This document shows, one piece after another, positions 20,297 through 29,698 of a stretch of 64,000 nucleotides of DNA; the first letter of the stretch is position 1, and each line of letters opens with the position of its first letter. Both the position numbers and the translations under genes were made by a program. Under the pieces are notes generated by a model that was given only the letters and a program-made list of their open reading frames with translations, was not told where the DNA came from and did not search any database. Source of the DNA: Terriglobia bacterium (GTDB lineage Bacteria > Acidobacteriota > Terriglobia > 20CM-2-55-15); NCBI GenBank assembly GCA_965218585.1, contig CBDCLE010000003.1, positions 224,001 to 288,000 of the forward strand, in the 5' to 3' direction.

Positions 20297-20323
20297 TAGC
20301 AGGCTCTGCTAACCTTTAGCCGA

Positions 20324-22534
20324 ATGCGTCTGTTCTACCGGCTCCTGGTTCTGTTCCTTTTCGTTGCCTCTCCGGCGCATGCCCAGGACGTTCCGAACCC
20401 GAACGCCTCGGCGCCGATCGACTATGACACGGCATACCTCGACCGAAACGCGACCGCAGTTCGGATCACAGACGCGATAACGCTCGACGGCCGTCTCGAC
20501 GAGGCGGCCTGGGACATACCGGTCGGCGCGGACGATTTCGTTCAGCGACTACCCGTTGCTGGTGTGGCAGCGTCATTCCGTACCGAAGCCCGCTTTCTCT
20601 ACGACGACGATAATCTCTACGTGGGAGTGGTCGCCTTCGACCCCGATCCCGATCAGGCCACGATCAACGACATCACCGATGATTTCAATTTCAGGGGCTC
20701 CGACGTTGTCACCGTTACGTTGGATACGCTCCGCGACCGTCGTTCCGGATTCTCTTTTGCCGTCAATCCGGGTGGCGGCCGGTCCGATATTCAGATTTTC
20801 AACAACGGTCAGATCAACATCGATTGGGATGGGGTTTGGGACTTTCAGGTGACACGGAACGACGATGGGTGGGTGGTTGAGTATCAAATCCCGTTCAACA
20901 CGTTGCGATTCTCGAATGAGCTAACGCAAGAATGGGGTCTCAACTTGTCGCGGGGTGTTCGCCGCACCAACGAGGAGAGCGACTGGTCGCCCATCCCGCA
21001 ACGTTTTCAAACGACGCGTGTGTCGATTGCGGGGACCTTGAGAGGTATTCGAAACATCGAGCCGGGCCGCAACCTCAAGGTCAAGCCGTTCGCCGTGGCG
21101 GGATTCACCCAGACCCGCTCGGGCTCGGATCGGTTCGGTGACTGGCAGACGGATCAAGATTACGATGGCGGACTGGATGTGAAGTACGGTTTGACTCAGT
21201 CCCTGACGCTGGACGCGACGTACCGGACGGACTTTGCGCAGGTCGAGGTGGATCAACAGCAGGTCAATCTCACCCGGTTCAACCTGTTCTTCCCCGAAAA
21301 GAGAGAGTTCTTTCTCGAAAACGCCGGAACCTTCAGCCTGGGTGCGGGCCAGGGCTTCGCATTTCGATCCGATCTTGTTCCGTTCTTCAGCCGCCGGATC
21401 GGTTTGAGTCCGCAGGGTATCCCGATCCCGATCGTGGGCGGGGCGCGAGTGACGGGCCAGGTCGGCCGATACGATGTCGGAGTTCTGACGATGAAGACCG
21501 AGTCGACAGCGACCATCCCCTCCAACACGTATACGGTGGGGCGCGTGAAACAGAACCTTCTGACGAACTCCTGGGTCGGCGGCATTTTCACCAACCGGGA
21601 CTCGACCCTCGAAGGTGATTACAATCGCCTCTTCGGAGCCGACGCGTTCTTCCAGTTCTCAAACCGGCTCGAGTTTGACGGGTACGTCCTCAAGACAGAA
21701 ACACCAGGTTTGACGGAAAAGGATCAGGCCCGGAGGTTCGCCACCGCATGGCGTGACGAAGAACTGGTCATCGGGGCCAGCTACAGTGATATCCAGACGA
21801 ACTTCAACCCAGAAGTCGGTTTCGTCCGGCGTCCGAACGCGACGAAGTACGCAGGGGAGTTTTCGTTCAATCCGCTTATCGAGAGTAGTCGGTCGATTCG
21901 AAACCTGATTTTTGGGACGATCCTGGAGTACTTCGAAGACGGAACGACCGAACAGGTCGAGACGCGGATCCAGGATCTGAATCTGGGAATTCGCTTTCAG
22001 AACGGTGCCTCGATCAACTATTTGTTGGCCGAGACTTTTGAACGGCTGAACCGCGTTTTTCGAATCCGTCCGGCGGTAGGAATTCCTGCAGGGGACTATA
22101 AATTCCGTAGGCAACGGATCAGTGCGTCGAGCGATGCCACCGAGAAGATCAGTGGAGGCGGCAGTGTTGGATGGGGAAAATTCTGGGACGGCGAGAGCGA
22201 ATCGTTTACGGCCAACTTGAGTGTGAAACCGAACTATCGCCTCAATGTTGATTTGAATTACTCACGGAACCAGGTAGATCTGGTGGGCGGCAGCTTTACG
22301 ACCAACCTGTTGGGTCTGCGTTTCGTTTACGCGTTCAACGCGCGCGCGTTTTTCAACGCCTTCATCCAGTACAACGCCGAGCGGAACGAGGTCAGCTCCA
22401 ACCTCCGCTTCAACATCATTCATCGCCCGTTGAGCGACCTGTTTGTCGTCTACAACGACCGGCGTTCTACGGCCAACGCTCAGGTCGTCGAGCGGGCGTT
22501 GATCGTCAAGTTCACAAACCTCTTTAACTTCTAG
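20324..22534 (+). CDS. CBM9-like domain plus DUF5916 outer-membrane beta-barrel-like protein
   Basis: ITLDGRLDEAAW, LYDDDNLYVG and TDFAQVEVDQQQVNLTRFNLFFPEKREFFLE motifs; signal peptide; C-terminal Phe. Confidence 0.82.
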   Translation: MRLFYRLLVLFLFVASPAHAQDVPNPNASAPIDYDTAYLDRNATAVRITDAITLDGRLDEAAWDIPVGADDFVQRLPVAGVAASFRTEARFLYDDDNLYVGVVAFDPDPDQATINDITDDFNFRGSDVVTVTLDTLRDRRSGFSFAVNPGGGRSDIQIFNNGQINIDWDGVWDFQVTRNDDGWVVEYQIPFNTLRFSNELTQEWGLNLSRGVRRTNEESDWSPIPQRFQTTRVSIAGTLRGIRNIEPGRNLKVKPFAVAGFTQTRSGSDRFGDWQTDQDYDGGLDVKYGLTQSLTLDATYRTDFAQVEVDQQQVNLTRFNLFFPEKREFFLENAGTFSLGAGQGFAFRSDLVPFFSRRIGLSPQGIPIPIVGGARVTGQVGRYDVGVLTMKTESTATIPSNTYTVGRVKQNLLTNSWVGGIFTNRDSTLEGDYNRLFGADAFFQFSNRLEFDGYVLKTETPGLTEKDQARRFATAWRDEELVIGASYSDIQTNFNPEVGFVRRPNATKYAGEFSFNPLIESSRSIRNLIFGTILEYFEDGTTEQVETRIQDLNLGIRFQNGASINYLLAETFERLNRVFRIRPAVGIPAGDYKFRRQRISASSDATEKISGGGSVGWGKFWDGESESFTANLSVKPNYRLNVDLNYSRNQVDLVGGSFTTNLLGLRFVYAFNARAFFNAFIQYNAERNEVSSNLRFNIIHRPLSDLFVVYNDRRSTANAQVVERALIVKFTNLFNF

Positions 22535-22580
22535 AAACCCGCCACGATGCGCCGTGGTTCTGAATTTCTTTTGGTCACTT

Positions 22581-24962
22581 TCAGGGGCGCGCGTCCAGAG
22601 CGGCCGTTACACGCTCCGGTGTAAACGGAACCTGGCGGATCCGGGCGCCGGTGGCATCGAAGACTGCGTTTCCGATTGCCGCCGCTACGAGGGTGACGGC
22701 AGTCTCACCCGCCCCCATGGCCTCGCCTTCGGTCTGGTTGATAAGAACTGTTTCAATCTCTGGAACGTCGGGCCCCAGGTACAGTGCCGAATAGGTGCGC
22801 CAGTCGATCGAAGTGACTTTTTCGCTGTCCCAGGTGACCTCTTCCAGCAGTGTCCTGCTGACACCATGAAGTGCACCGCCCTCGAGTTGATTCCTTAAAC
22901 CATCCGGATTCGAAATGGGACCGCAGTCGTTGGCGATTACCATTCGATTTACAGCCACGGCGCCAGTGTCCTGATCCACTTCCACTTCAGCCACCATAGC
23001 GCAGTATCCGTTGTCCCCTTCATAGAACACGCATGAGATGCCCCGACCCGAGGCAACACCGCTTCGGGAAATCCCTGCTTGGGGGGACGGCCTGAACTGC
23101 CATCCGGCGCTATCGGCCGCCGCCCTGACGACTGCAACGAGTCGGGGATCGCCGAGATGGCGCAGACGATACTCGACAGGATCCTGCCGGAGGAAGGTGG
23201 CTATCTCGTCCATGAATGACTCGTGGGCAAACGTGTTCTGCAACCGCTCCGGTGAGCGCAAGGGTCCGGTGAAGAATGGCGACCGCACGACATGCATCAG
23301 AACGCGTTCGCTCGCTATGACACCGGTTCCGCTGCAGCTTCCCTCCACGCAGCCCGTAACGTATGAGGGAGCCTCGTTGCTTCCGTTGTCGAAGCCTGTC
23401 GGATCAGGTGCCGGTGCCCGTGGAACGAATTCTTCGGGCTCGAAACCGGCCAGAAAACCCGTGACGACGTTTCCCGGAGTCCTGTAGCCGGGCCGGAAGC
23501 CCAGAACCGGGGACCAGGATTCATGATCCCAGGCGACGATCGTGCCGTTGGGGTCCAGACCCGCACGCTGGTCGATGACGAACGCGAGGCCGTAGTTTTT
23601 TCCCAGGCCATCTCGTCTTTCCGCGTCAGCTGGACACGGACCGGCCGTCCGACGGCTGCAGACAAGAGTGCGGCGTCGTAAGAAACCGTATCCGCACCAT
23701 TGACTCCATAGCAACCGGAGCCCATTCGAAAGATGATGCGCACATCTTCTGGATCCAGATCCAGAAGCATCGCAACGGTGTTCTTCAGGTGTTCTTCAAG
23801 GGATAAACGGCCTGCGTCGCCGACCATATCGTCGTTCCATCCGCACCGACGTCGGCGAGGGCGCATGAGCTACCGATGGAACCGTGCATCTGATAGGGAT
23901 AGTGATATGTGGCTTCGAGAACGTCCCTTGCCCCGTCGAGACGAGCATCGACGTCCCCGGAATCTACGAGCAACGTGTCGCGGGCGGATGGGTCATTGCG
24001 CAGGTACTCATAGAAACCCTCCTGGCTGGGCAGTCCCGCGCCCAGCGACCAGTCGACGCTCAGCCGGTTGGCCGCGGAAATCGCCTGCCAGGGTTTGTCC
24101 GCAACGATGCCGACGAAGTTACCTCTGACGACCACCTGAACGACGCCTGGCAGATCCCGTATAGATTCCTCGTCCACGCCGACCAGAGTTGCCCCGACAC
24201 GAGGTGGTCTAACCACCTGTCCGTGCAGCATACCTGGCACGCGGACGTTGTGGACGTATTCGAATTGTCCAGTCGCCATTGCTGGGATTTCGAGACGGCG
24301 TATTGGCTGTCCCAGAACCGTCCATTCAACCGGGTCTCTGCGGCTGGCTTCGGGATTCAGGTTCAGACTGAAGGCCCGTCCGCCGACCAGTTCGCCGTAA
24401 CCGATCGATCTAGTTGGGCTGCCTGCAACTCGGACTACGCCTTCGTTGATCTCAAGCTGTTCGACGGCTGCACCCAGTCGCGTCGAAGCCTGTGCCAACA
24501 ATTCCTCGCGAGCCGTCGCGCATGCAAGCGCCAGGTTTTCATGGTTGAAGTTTGCTGGATGAGACTGCGCGCCGGAAGTCGTACCCTGATCCGGTGTACG
24601 TGCTGTGTCGCTTTGGATCAGCGTTACCCGATCAAAGCTGACGCCGAGTTCCTCGGCGATCAACTGTGTCTGTGCCGTGTGGAGTCCCTGTCCCAGTTCG
24701 CACTTACCCGTGTATGCTGTGACGCTATCGTCTGCGCCTATGGCGATCCAAGAATCCAAAACTGGTCGCTGCCCGCTCCGTTAATGCCCTGGGCGGACGC
24801 TGCGGAAGACGACAGGCCCACGCGCGAAGCCAGTCGGGCGACACTGAAGCCGACAATCACTGTGCCGGAGCCTTTGATAAATCCCCTGCGCGATATTCCC
24901 GTCCGTTTGAGTGCCGCAAACGCATCCGGGGTGAGTGCTTTCAATGTTTCTTCAGGCCTCAT
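22581..24962 (-). pseudogene. Xanthine-oxidase-family molybdopterin oxidoreductase large subunit (IorB/NicB-like) with three frameshifts
   Basis: Four consecutive fragments: SRRGFIKG Tat motif; TGKCELGQG and PYQMHGSIG; GSGCYG..GRPVRVQLTR; LRSP..AHESFMDE, NPDGLRNQLEGG and GAGE..NAVFDATG. Frameshifts at about 24760, 23777-23798 and about 23600. Confidence 0.85.
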
Positions 24963-25437
24963 TGTCCACCCCCTCTGCCACTCCCTCCGCATACCGTTGT
25001 ATGGCCCGCATGATCCGCACGTGTGTGCCGCACCGACACAGGACGCCGGACATCGCCTGGCCTATTTCCCCTGCACCTGCGTTCGGGTTCTGATCCAGGA
25101 AAGCTTTGGCCGTGAGAATGACGCCGTTGATGCAGAACCCACACTGAATGGCCTGTTCGGAGATGAACGATTCTTGAATCGGATGCGGATCCTCGGGAGT
25201 ACCCAGTCCTTCCAGGGTTGTGACTTCAGATCCTTCCACGTTCGCGACGGTCATGACACAAGAACGCCGGACATCCCCGTCTACGATGACCGTGCAAGAC
25301 CCGCACTGGCCCAGGCCGCAGCCGAATTTGGGACCGCGGAGTGCAAGGTCGTCGGTAAGCACGTACAACAGAGGTGTCGCCGGGTCGACATCTACTGTGT
25401 AGTCCCGGCCATTGACACTCAGATCGACGATAGCCAT
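24952..25437 (-). CDS. (2Fe-2S)-binding small subunit (CoxS/IorA-like)
   Basis: GCGLGQCGSC..RSC and QCGFC..CRCG motifs; AGGAG RBS before ATG 25437. Confidence 0.92.
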   Translation of the reverse strand: MAIVDLSVNGRDYTVDVDPATPLLYVLTDDLALRGPKFGCGLGQCGSCTVIVDGDVRRSCVMTVANVEGSEVTTLEGLGTPEDPHPIQESFISEQAIQCGFCINGVILTAKAFLDQNPNAGAGEIGQAMSGVLCRCGTHVRIMRAIQRYAEGVAEGVDNEA

Positions 25438-25670
25438 AGCCACTCCTTGGAATGTTCGTTAGAGAGTATAGAAGGTGTGATCGTGCGTCAAAATTTATGG
25501 CTCGGGACAGACCGGCGAGCAGTAGCGGTACAACTTTTCCCTAATTTGCCTGATTCCATTTGGTCCCCTCATCCTGCAGCGATATGATTTCGAAGTTTCA
25601 TCCGACACTACCGGAGGGGCGGTTCGAACTTTCGATGTCATCGTTGTTGTCCCTCATAAGGAGGAATGTC

Positions 25671-27416
25671 ATGGTCAAGGTTTGGAGGATCCAAGCGGTT
25701 ACGGCCGGCATGTTTGTGCTGGCTTTAGGCCAACTCGTATTCGCCCGTCAACAGCCTGCTCCCGTTCCCGAGGTCCTTCGGAACTACGCGTCCGTGACAA
25801 CTGAGCGTCTGGAAAACCCGGAAGACGACGAGTGGCTGATGATTCGGCGCACGTACAACGGTTGGGGATACAGCCCGCTGGACGAAATCAATACAGGCAA
25901 CGTCGAAGGGTTGCGGCCGGTCTGGTCGTTTTCGACCGGTGAGGTCCGAGGACACGAGTCGCCGCCTATCGTCAACAACGGCGTCATGTTTGTCTCGACA
26001 CCCCGAAACCAGGTGATTGCGATCGACGCGGAGACAGGCACACTCCTCTGGCGCCACCGTCGCCCACGGCCCGAAGGTGCCACCGTTCCGCACGAGACAA
26101 ATCGCGGTGTGGCCCTCTACGGCGACAAGGTCTATTTCGCAGCGGGCGAAGCCGTCCTGGTTGCCCTTGACGCTAAGACAGGCCAGGAGGTCTGGTCGGC
26201 TGTGATCGGAGACAACTCGAGCGGTTACTACACGACTCTGGCTCCGCTCATCGCAGACGGCAAGGTCATGGTCGGCGCCTCCGGCGGCGAGCTCGGAATC
26301 CGGGGCTTCGTCGCAGCCTTCGATCCCGATACCGGTGAAGAGTTGTGGCGTACATTTACTATTCCCGCGCCGGGGGAACCCGGTAGCGAGACCTGGCCCG
26401 ACGGTGACCAGTGGAGAACCGGTGGCGGAGCGGTATGGGTAACCGGCAACTACGATCCCGAAACCAATCTGGCTTATTGGGGGACGGGCAATGGCGGCCC
26501 ATGGATGGGGGATCAACGTCCGGGAGACAACCTCTACGCTACCTCGACGATCGCCATCGATGTTGCCACCGGTGAGATCAAAGGCCACTTCCAGTACCAC
26601 CCGAATGACTCTTGGGACTGGGACGAGGTTTCTCCGCCCATCCTTGTGGACTACGAACGGGACGGGGGGACGGTGACGGGTTTGATCGATGTTGCCAGGA
26701 ACGGCTATCTCTGGTTCCTCGAACGGACTGAGGGGCGCATCAACTTCGTCGAAGGCAAACCCTACGTCAATCAGAACGTTTTTCTGAGTCTGGATCCTGA
26801 GACCGGTCGGCCGGAGATCGATCTCACACACAAGCCCGGCACAGGCAAGATGGCCGAGCATTGTCCCTCGCTCTGGGGCGGTAAGAATTGGCCGCCGATC
26901 GCCTTCAGCCCACAGACGCGGATGATCTATATCCCGGCCAACGAAAACCTCTGTGGAACGATGATCGGACGTGAAATCGAGTACATGCCGGGAGGTCGCT
27001 TCACGGGTGCCACCACTGGCTTCTACGTTTTGGACGGTGCCGACCATGTGGGCGAAGTGCAGGCTTGGAACGTCGACACTGGTGAGAGGGTGTGGACGCA
27101 TACGTACGCGAAGTCACCCAACTGGGGGTCGATGCTGGATACGGGCGGTGGTCTGGTCTTCTCAGGTGGAACCAACGACCGTATGTTCCACGCCTTCGAT
27201 GCAGAGAGCGGCGAACTGCTCTGGGAGTTCCCGACCAACTCGGGCATTATTGGTCCGCCGACTTCCTTTGAGATCGCCGGCAAGCAATACATTGCGGTGC
27301 AGTCGGGCTGGGGTGTGGATGCTCGTGGGATGCAGGCCCGCCTGGACCGGGTGTTTCCCGGCGAATATCCGGAGGTGCCCGAAGGTGGTGTCGTATGGGT
27401 GTTTGCCGTCGATTAG
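25671..27416 (+). CDS. PQQ-dependent dehydrogenase, methanol/ethanol family (atypical)
   Basis: YSPLDEIN..NV..L, HESPPIV, NRGVA, SGGELGIRG, GGAVW, GTGNGGPW, WDWD, CPSLWGGKNW and W-motif propeller repeats; signal peptide; AGGAGG RBS. Confidence 0.9.
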   Translation: MVKVWRIQAVTAGMFVLALGQLVFARQQPAPVPEVLRNYASVTTERLENPEDDEWLMIRRTYNGWGYSPLDEINTGNVEGLRPVWSFSTGEVRGHESPPIVNNGVMFVSTPRNQVIAIDAETGTLLWRHRRPRPEGATVPHETNRGVALYGDKVYFAAGEAVLVALDAKTGQEVWSAVIGDNSSGYYTTLAPLIADGKVMVGASGGELGIRGFVAAFDPDTGEELWRTFTIPAPGEPGSETWPDGDQWRTGGGAVWVTGNYDPETNLAYWGTGNGGPWMGDQRPGDNLYATSTIAIDVATGEIKGHFQYHPNDSWDWDEVSPPILVDYERDGGTVTGLIDVARNGYLWFLERTEGRINFVEGKPYVNQNVFLSLDPETGRPEIDLTHKPGTGKMAEHCPSLWGGKNWPPIAFSPQTRMIYIPANENLCGTMIGREIEYMPGGRFTGATTGFYVLDGADHVGEVQAWNVDTGERVWTHTYAKSPNWGSMLDTGGGLVFSGGTNDRMFHAFDAESGELLWEFPTNSGIIGPPTSFEIAGKQYIAVQSGWGVDARGMQARLDRVFPGEYPEVPEGGVVWVFAVD

Positions 27417-27526
27417 GCTACGGTTGAGTTTTAAAGCTCGGCGATCGGCATCGGCTGGCTGGAGAAGTGTGTGATATAGACTCTTGGCCAGAACAGATCG
27501 AGATCAACGACGTATAGAGGAGTTTA

Positions 27527-28774
27527 ATGTCCACTTCGATCGAAGCTGCCACTCTGAACATTCCCCCGAAGCCCGTCAGTGCTGGAAACGTCGACCTTCG
27601 TGTCGTGTCCGTAGCCGTGACTCTGTTTGCCTTGGGAACAGCTTATCTGCAGGCAACAGTTCACTGGCGCCAGGCCCTGTTGTTTCTTTTGGGCGGAGTG
27701 TTCGGCCTGCTTCTCTACCACGCCGCCTTCGGGTTTACTTCCGCCTGGAGGGTGTTCGTGGCCGACCGTAGGGGGTCGGGCCTCCGCGCTCAAATGCTCC
27801 TGTTGGCGGTGGCCTGTCTCCTCTTCTTCCCGATCCTCGGGTCGAATACGCCGCTCCTGACCGACTCGATCCGGGGCAACGTGAACCCTGCAGGCGTGGC
27901 AGTTATGGTAGGTGCGTTCATGTTCGGCATGGGGATGCAACTCGGTGGAGGCTGCGCCTCGGGGACGCTTTTCGCTGTCGGCGGTGGAAACGCCCGGATG
28001 ATCGTTACGTTGGCCGCGTTCATCCTAGGCTCGGCCATCGGTACGGCTCATGCTCCATGGTGGCAGTCGCTGCCGGCGCTTCCGCCCGTATCGATCGTCA
28101 GTTCCTTCGGAGCGTGGCCGGCGCTGCTGGTGAGCTTCGCGGTGTTTGGCACGATAGTGGGTATCACGGTTGTCGTTGAACGTAGGCACCACGGACGGTT
28201 GGTAGCGTCTCCATCCAGTCCGAGAACCGGCTGGAAACGGGCGCTGCAAGGGCCCTGGCCCATAGTCATCGGCGCCATCGGCCTGGCGCTGGCCAACTTC
28301 GCGACGCTGGCGTTGGCTGGTCGCCCGTGGGGCATCACTTCGGCTTTCGCTCTGTGGGGTGCAAAGGCCGCGTCCGTTGTGGGAGTGGATGTGGGCTCCT
28401 GGGCTTACTGGTCGACACCCGGAAACGCTGCTGCGCTTAGAGCCAGCGTGTTCGAACACGTAACGTCGATCATGGACTTCGGGATCATCCTTGGTGCCCT
28501 CGCAGCTGCGGGGCTAGCGGGGCGGTTCAGCCTGAAGTGGTCGATTTCGAACCGTTCACTGGCGGCTGCGGTGTTTGGCGGGCTTCTGCTGGGCTATGGT
28601 GCCCGGTTGGCTTACGGCTGCAACATTGGCGCCTATTTCAGCGGCGTAGCTTCCGGCAGCCTCCACGGATGGCTCTGGCTTGTCGCCGCGTTCCTCGGCA
28701 GTATGCTGGGCGTTCGTCTGCGGCCGATGTGTGATATGCCGGTCGAGAAGACGCCTCTGTCCGGAGCCCGCTGA
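27527..28774 (+). CDS. YeeE/YedE family sulfur-compound (thiosulfate) transporter
   Basis: Multiple TM helices; FGFTSAWR, GMQLGGGCASGTL and GARLAYGCNIGA Cys motifs. Confidence 0.88.
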   Translation: MSTSIEAATLNIPPKPVSAGNVDLRVVSVAVTLFALGTAYLQATVHWRQALLFLLGGVFGLLLYHAAFGFTSAWRVFVADRRGSGLRAQMLLLAVACLLFFPILGSNTPLLTDSIRGNVNPAGVAVMVGAFMFGMGMQLGGGCASGTLFAVGGGNARMIVTLAAFILGSAIGTAHAPWWQSLPALPPVSIVSSFGAWPALLVSFAVFGTIVGITVVVERRHHGRLVASPSSPRTGWKRALQGPWPIVIGAIGLALANFATLALAGRPWGITSAFALWGAKAASVVGVDVGSWAYWSTPGNAAALRASVFEHVTSIMDFGIILGALAAAGLAGRFSLKWSISNRSLAAAVFGGLLLGYGARLAYGCNIGAYFSGVASGSLHGWLWLVAAFLGSMLGVRLRPMCDMPVEKTPLSGAR

Positions 28775-28788
28775 AACGAGGGATCGGG

Positions 28789-29562
28789 TCATAATTTGTC
28801 AGGATATTTTCCCCTCGCGACATTCCAGCGTATGCGGGCCAGGTCGAGGAACATCTCGAGACCGTCACTGAGAAACCGAACCTTCGAGCCCGAGTCGTGT
28901 CTCCAGACAACCGGCACTTCGCGGATCCGAAGCCCCCTGCGTTTTGCTAGAAACAGGATCTCGGGATCGAACCCAAAACCGTAAATGGTCTGACTCTCAA
29001 AGATCGGAATGACTTTTTCCCGGCGAAACAGTTTGAAACCGCACTGGGTATCCTGGATCGAGAGCCCAAGAATCAGACGAACTGTCCAGTTGTAGAAGAT
29101 GCCACCCAATTCCCGGAACCGGGATTGGTGAACGGCGATCTTCGTCCGGTCGACGGCCCGGGATCCGATGATGATATCAGCGCCCTCTTCCCCAACTTCC
29201 AGAAGCCGATCCAGTTCTTCGATCGGCGCCGACAGGTCCGCGTCAGTAAATAGGACCCAGGATCCTTTGGCCTCCAGAACGCCTCGTCGCACGCTGTATC
29301 CTTTGCCGCGATTGGAGTCGTTTTGAAAGACTCTGAGAGGAAAAGAGGCGGCAATTCCAGAAGTGTCGTCGATCGATCCGTCGTCGACGAGAATGACTTC
29401 CGCCTCGATCTGTTGGTCCTTGACGAAACGCAAAATTTCCTCGAGTGAAGGACCGATGCGAAGCGCTTCGTTGTACGCCGGAACGATTATTGAAATAGTT
29501 GGAATGGAAGGACTTAGCTGGTCACCGACCGGGGCCTGGAGCCCGGTTTTGGATGTCTCCAT
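28789..29562 (-). CDS. GT2 glycosyltransferase, polyprenyl-phosphate glucosyltransferase (ALG5-like)
   Basis: SIIVPAYNE, VDDGS.D, NRGKG..VR.G, FTDAD, DTQCGFK and FGFDPE motifs. Confidence 0.9.
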   Translation of the reverse strand: METSKTGLQAPVGDQLSPSIPTISIIVPAYNEALRIGPSLEEILRFVKDQQIEAEVILVDDGSIDDTSGIAASFPLRVFQNDSNRGKGYSVRRGVLEAKGSWVLFTDADLSAPIEELDRLLEVGEEGADIIIGSRAVDRTKIAVHQSRFRELGGIFYNWTVRLILGLSIQDTQCGFKLFRREKVIPIFESQTIYGFGFDPEILFLAKRRGLRIREVPVVWRHDSGSKVRFLSDGLEMFLDLARIRWNVARGKYPDKL

Positions 29563-29654
29563 CGAGGGCGTATTGTATCATACCGCTTTGTCGCGACGCG
29601 GACCGCTGACCGAGCGGATGCCCCCGGGCAACCTTCCTCTCGAACGGCTTCCAT

Positions 29655-29694
29655 TTAATCAAAGGTTCTACCTCTTAATCAAAGGTTCTACCTC
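29655..29694. repeat. Perfect 20-bp tandem duplication just upstream of hemE
   Basis: ttaatcaaaggttctacctc x2, ending 4 nt before ATG 29699. Confidence 0.95.
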
Positions 29695-29698
29695 AACC

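Noticed and set aside
23785-23787. TGA in the Mo-enzyme gene as selenocysteine or programmed recoding
   Set aside because: The TGA is created by the 11-bp duplication, and the downstream sequence continues in another frame
23884-25587. 567-aa plus-strand ORF, and similar long ORFs at 5899-7008, 14636-15724, 25725-27101 and 54776-55939
   Set aside because: Antisense shadows of well-supported genes in GC-rich DNA, with no recognisable motifs
29363-29698. N-terminal extensions in the ORF track for hemE, and likewise for lpxD (33033), the CDF gene (46687) and the acyl-CoA dehydrogenase (46780)
   Set aside because: They overlap neighbouring genes or spacers; family homology begins at the downstream starts
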